A DNA stretch of 32,000 nt from Candidatus Saccharimonadota bacterium (GTDB taxonomy: Bacteria > Pseudomonadota > Gammaproteobacteria > Enterobacterales > Enterobacteriaceae), in the NCBI RefSeq assembly GCF_000973505.1, contig NZ_CP010048.1, positions 330,001 through 362,000 on the forward strand, read 5' to 3'. Under the pieces are notes generated by a model. It made no database searches. It had not been told where the DNA came from and worked only from the letters and a program-made list of their open reading frames with translations. Below, piece after piece: positions 29,518 through 32,000 of this stretch. Position 1 is the first letter of the stretch. Each line of letters starts with the position of its first letter. Position numbers and translations under genes: made by a program.

Positions 29518-30564
29518 TTAATGATGATTAATATCATCAGATAGTAATAAAATTACTGCTTTAAGATTATTCCAAATAATAAATGTACGTTCTTGATAAA
29601 TCATCAGTTCTGTTTGTAGTAATAATGTAATTGTTAAATATAATTTTTTTAGAGTTATATGATTTAATTTTTTAATAAATAATAAATGTAAAGATTTTTG
29701 AATTTTGTATTTATTAAGTAATGAGCTTATAAGTGAATGATTTTTCCCTGATAATGTTCTTTTACACATTATTAAAAGGGTTATCAAATTTTGTATACTA
29801 CGTAATACTGTTAATGGTTTTGTTGTATTTTCTGCTTGCAATTTATTCAAAATACGTTCAAATCGTTTTTTATCATATTTTAATATGGTACCTAGTAAAT
29901 GTGAAATATGAAAGTATGATGACGTATCATTCATTAAGTCTTTAATATGTATAATGTCCAAATTTTGTTTAGGATATATGATTGATAATTGATAAAGTAT
30001 TTGGTGTAATGCATTAAGGTCATCTTCATAATATGAGGATAATAATTCACAAGAAGATTGATTCAATGTAAAATTTAGGTCTTTAGCTCGTTGTAAAATC
30101 CAAGGTATCAATCTGTTATATTGAGGAGTATTACATTCAATAAATACTATATGTTTTCTTAAATTTTTGTAAGAATGAAAATAATTTTTTATGGCAATAG
30201 TTAATGTATTTATACGGAATATTAAAAATAAGTTATGATTCATAAGAGGGATAAGAAAAGATATTTTTTTAAAAATCGTATTATCAATTTTTTTGTTTGT
30301 TTGATATAACAAAAATATTTTTTTTTTACATTTAAATAAAGATTGTGTATGAGCAATTTCAAATATGTCGTTTAATGTTGATTGATCATTTAATGAAAAT
30401 ACGAATTGATCATATGAATGGGGAGATGTAAGATTTTTTAGAATAAAATCTTGGGTGTCATTTAATAAAAACTGGTTATTACCAAATATAACGTAGCAAT
30501 AATAACATGTTTTTTTTATTGAAATTTGTTGTTGTAATTGTTGAAGGCATATATGAGTAATCAT
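29518..30564 (-). CDS. holA: DNA polymerase III delta subunit
   Basis: 348 aa. It sits between lptE and mrdA as in E. coli (leuS-lptE-holA). Residual similarity to HolA includes QLQQQI..YVIFGNNQFLLNDTQD (vs LLLGNDPLLLQESQD) and PQYNRLIPWILQRAKDLNFTLNQSSCELLSSYYEDDLNALHQILYQLSIIYP (vs PRWVAARAKQLNLELDDAANQVLCYCYEGNLLALAQALERLSLLWP). Confidence 0.85.
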   Translation of the reverse strand: MITHICLQQLQQQISIKKTCYYCYVIFGNNQFLLNDTQDFILKNLTSPHSYDQFVFSLNDQSTLNDIFEIAHTQSLFKCKKKIFLLYQTNKKIDNTIFKKISFLIPLMNHNLFLIFRINTLTIAIKNYFHSYKNLRKHIVFIECNTPQYNRLIPWILQRAKDLNFTLNQSSCELLSSYYEDDLNALHQILYQLSIIYPKQNLDIIHIKDLMNDTSSYFHISHLLGTILKYDKKRFERILNKLQAENTTKPLTVLRSIQNLITLLIMCKRTLSGKNHSLISSLLNKYKIQKSLHLLFIKKLNHITLKKLYLTITLLLQTELMIYQERTFIIWNNLKAVILLLSDDINHH

Positions 30565-30618
30565 AGTATTTGTGTAATATAGAAAATGGTATTTTAATGT
30601 TAATTTATATCTTAATAT

Positions 30619-31158
30619 CTAATAATATTTTTTAATTACATCTAAGAGTTTAAATGTTAACTCTTCTGATATTTCTTCATATATTTTTTTACGGATAGTA
30701 TTTTCTTTAATAGAATTTGCTAAAATTTTTACAGGATCATTGAAAAATGATTTAGAAACTACAATATTAGATGGATAATATTTATTAGTTGGTGTTACAA
30801 TTTTTATTGTTGTAGTCAATATCATTTGATATTCTGCAGGTTGTCCATCTGAAAATAAAGACTTTGTAATGCATTTTTCTAATGTATGTATTATATATAA
30901 AGATATATAGGCAGAACGATTACATTGATATTTGTATGTATTGCAATCAATGTATGAAATATTATTCATGTGAAGTTTTTCTTTTGTAATTTTTGTTAAA
31001 AAATTATAAGAATTGTAACTATACAAATTTATGAAAGGATGATTATTTTTTTTAACAACATCATGCGTGATGATATCATATGCACATCCTGAAGTGAATA
31101 TTAATATTATTAATACACTATTTCTTAACCACAATATGGAGTTATTTGTGATGTACAA
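30619..31158 (-). CDS. lptE: LPS-assembly lipoprotein LptE (RlpB)
   Basis: 179 aa. It has a signal peptide with a lipobox-like FTSGC. GQPAEYQMILTTTIKIV...VSKSFFNDP matches E. coli LptE GQTAEYQMIMTVNATVL...VFRSFFDNP. It lies directly downstream of leuS. Confidence 0.88.
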   Translation of the reverse strand: MYITNNSILWLRNSVLIILIFTSGCAYDIITHDVVKKNNHPFINLYSYNSYNFLTKITKEKLHMNNISYIDCNTYKYQCNRSAYISLYIIHTLEKCITKSLFSDGQPAEYQMILTTTIKIVTPTNKYYPSNIVVSKSFFNDPVKILANSIKENTIRKKIYEEISEELTFKLLDVIKKYY

Positions 31159-31167
31159 GGGATACCT

Positions 31168-32000
31168 TCATTTTTTTTCTGTAATAAAATTAATAATTTT
31201 ATTTTGAATATAAATTGTTTTTATAATTTTTTTATTTCTTAAGTATTTTAAAGCAGTAGAATCTTTTTGGGATACAAGATCATAGATTGTGTGTTCTGGG
31301 GTATTATTTACAACATCAATTGTATCTCGAGTTTTACCATTTATTTGTATAATAATTGTTTTTGTACGTTCTATTAATGCTGTTTTATCTCCTATTGGCC
31401 AGGTGCTATGATCAATATCACCTTCAGCACCTAAAGCTTGCCAAAGAACAAAAGTGATATGAGGTGTGAATGGATAAAGCATTCGTATTATTGATAAAAG
31501 TGATTCATGTAATAAAGCACGATCTTGCTGATTTTTTTTTGGAACAGATATCAAATGATTTATTAATTTCATAATAGATGCAATTGCAGTATTAAACATG
31601 TGCCGACGATCAATATCATCAGTGACTTTTAAGATTGTTTTATGTACTTTTCTTCGTAATATTGTTTGTTGGTTATTTAAAATATTTATATTTAATGTCT
31701 CTACTGGACCATTATTAATATGTTCATAAACTAACCTCCATAAACGTTTTAAAAAACGATGAACACCCATAATGTTTGTTTCTTTCCATTCTAATGGCAT
31801 ATTCACTGGGGCAGCAAACATAATAAATAATCGGACAGTATCTGCACCGTATTTTTTAATCATAATATCTGGATTTATTCCATTTTTTTTTGACTTTGAC
31901 ATTTTAACCATGCCCAAATGAGTTAAATGATTTCCATCATCATCGATAGCTTGGATAATATGTCCTTTTTTGTCATATTTAACTGTAACATGTAAAGGTG
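31168..32000 (-). CDS. leuS: Leucine--tRNA ligase, C-terminal ~277 codons; the gene continues past the window end
   Basis: VKMSKSKKNGINPD contains the class I KMSKS motif, and GADTVRLFIMFAAP and the C-terminal anticodon-binding domain are collinear with LeuRS. My manual translation stays open from 31917 to 32000 (..PLHVTVKYDKKGHIIQAIDDDGNHLTHLGMVKMSKS), so the Met/TTG given by the ORF track is internal. Confidence 0.93.
   Translation of the reverse strand, partial: PLHVTVKYDKKGHIIQAIDDDGNHLTHLGMVKMSKSKKNGINPDIMIKKYGADTVRLFIMFAAPVNMPLEWKETNIMGVHRFLKRLWRLVYEHINNGPVETLNINILNNQQTILRRKVHKTILKVTDDIDRRHMFNTAIASIMKLINHLISVPKKNQQDRALLHESLLSIIRMLYPFTPHITFVLWQALGAEGDIDHSTWPIGDKTALIERTKTIIIQINGKTRDTIDVVNNTPEHTIYDLVSQKDSTALKYLRNKKIIKTIYIQNKIINFITEKK

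Noticed and set aside
15206-29945. Other antisense or overlapping ORFs from the track: 15206-15403, 17166-17510, 18670-18891, 22979-23206, 24619-24924, 26300-26530, 27534-27731 and 29733-29945
   Set aside because: Each is embedded in, or overlaps the end of, a confidently identified gene on the opposite strand (dnaX, adk, icd, folD, DMT transporter, rodA, mrdA, holA). None shows any recognisable motif.

Overview
This window is a strongly AT-rich, gene-dense stretch of core chromosome. It looks like an obligate insect endosymbiont derived from Enterobacterales (Blochmannia/Wigglesworthia-like), but the taxon cannot be fixed from the sequence alone.

I can support 24 protein-coding genes, one gene relic and two RNA genes, nearly all housekeeping:
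- uppS (partial), a decayed dxr relic, frr, pyrH, tsf and rpsB on the minus strand
- map, dapD, recB (frameshifted) and recD on the plus strand
- 4.5S RNA (ffs), hha, apt, a short dnaX and adk
- a monomeric-type isocitrate dehydrogenase
- lpxH, cysS, folD and tRNA-Arg(UCU)
- a 10-TM DMT/EamA transporter and an orphan exported beta-barrel-like protein
- rodA, mrdA, holA, lptE and leuS (partial)

Gene order follows E. coli K-12 blocks, with most intervening genes deleted.

I see no transposase, integrase, phage gene, CRISPR array, restriction or defence gene, and no toxin-antitoxin pair. I therefore do not claim a novel multi-gene system here. The features worth a second look are signatures of genome erosion:
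1. recB is split by a frameshift inside an A10 tract, which transcriptional slippage could rescue.
2. dxr is a relic sitting next to an intact uppS.
3. hha is well conserved but has no tomB beside it.
4. The non-syntenic icd is of the monomeric type.
5. dnaX lacks the tau C-terminal domains.
6. The orphan secreted beta-barrel-like protein sits at the syntenic position of pagP.

All homology calls were made by eye against protein sequences recalled from memory. No searches or computations were run.
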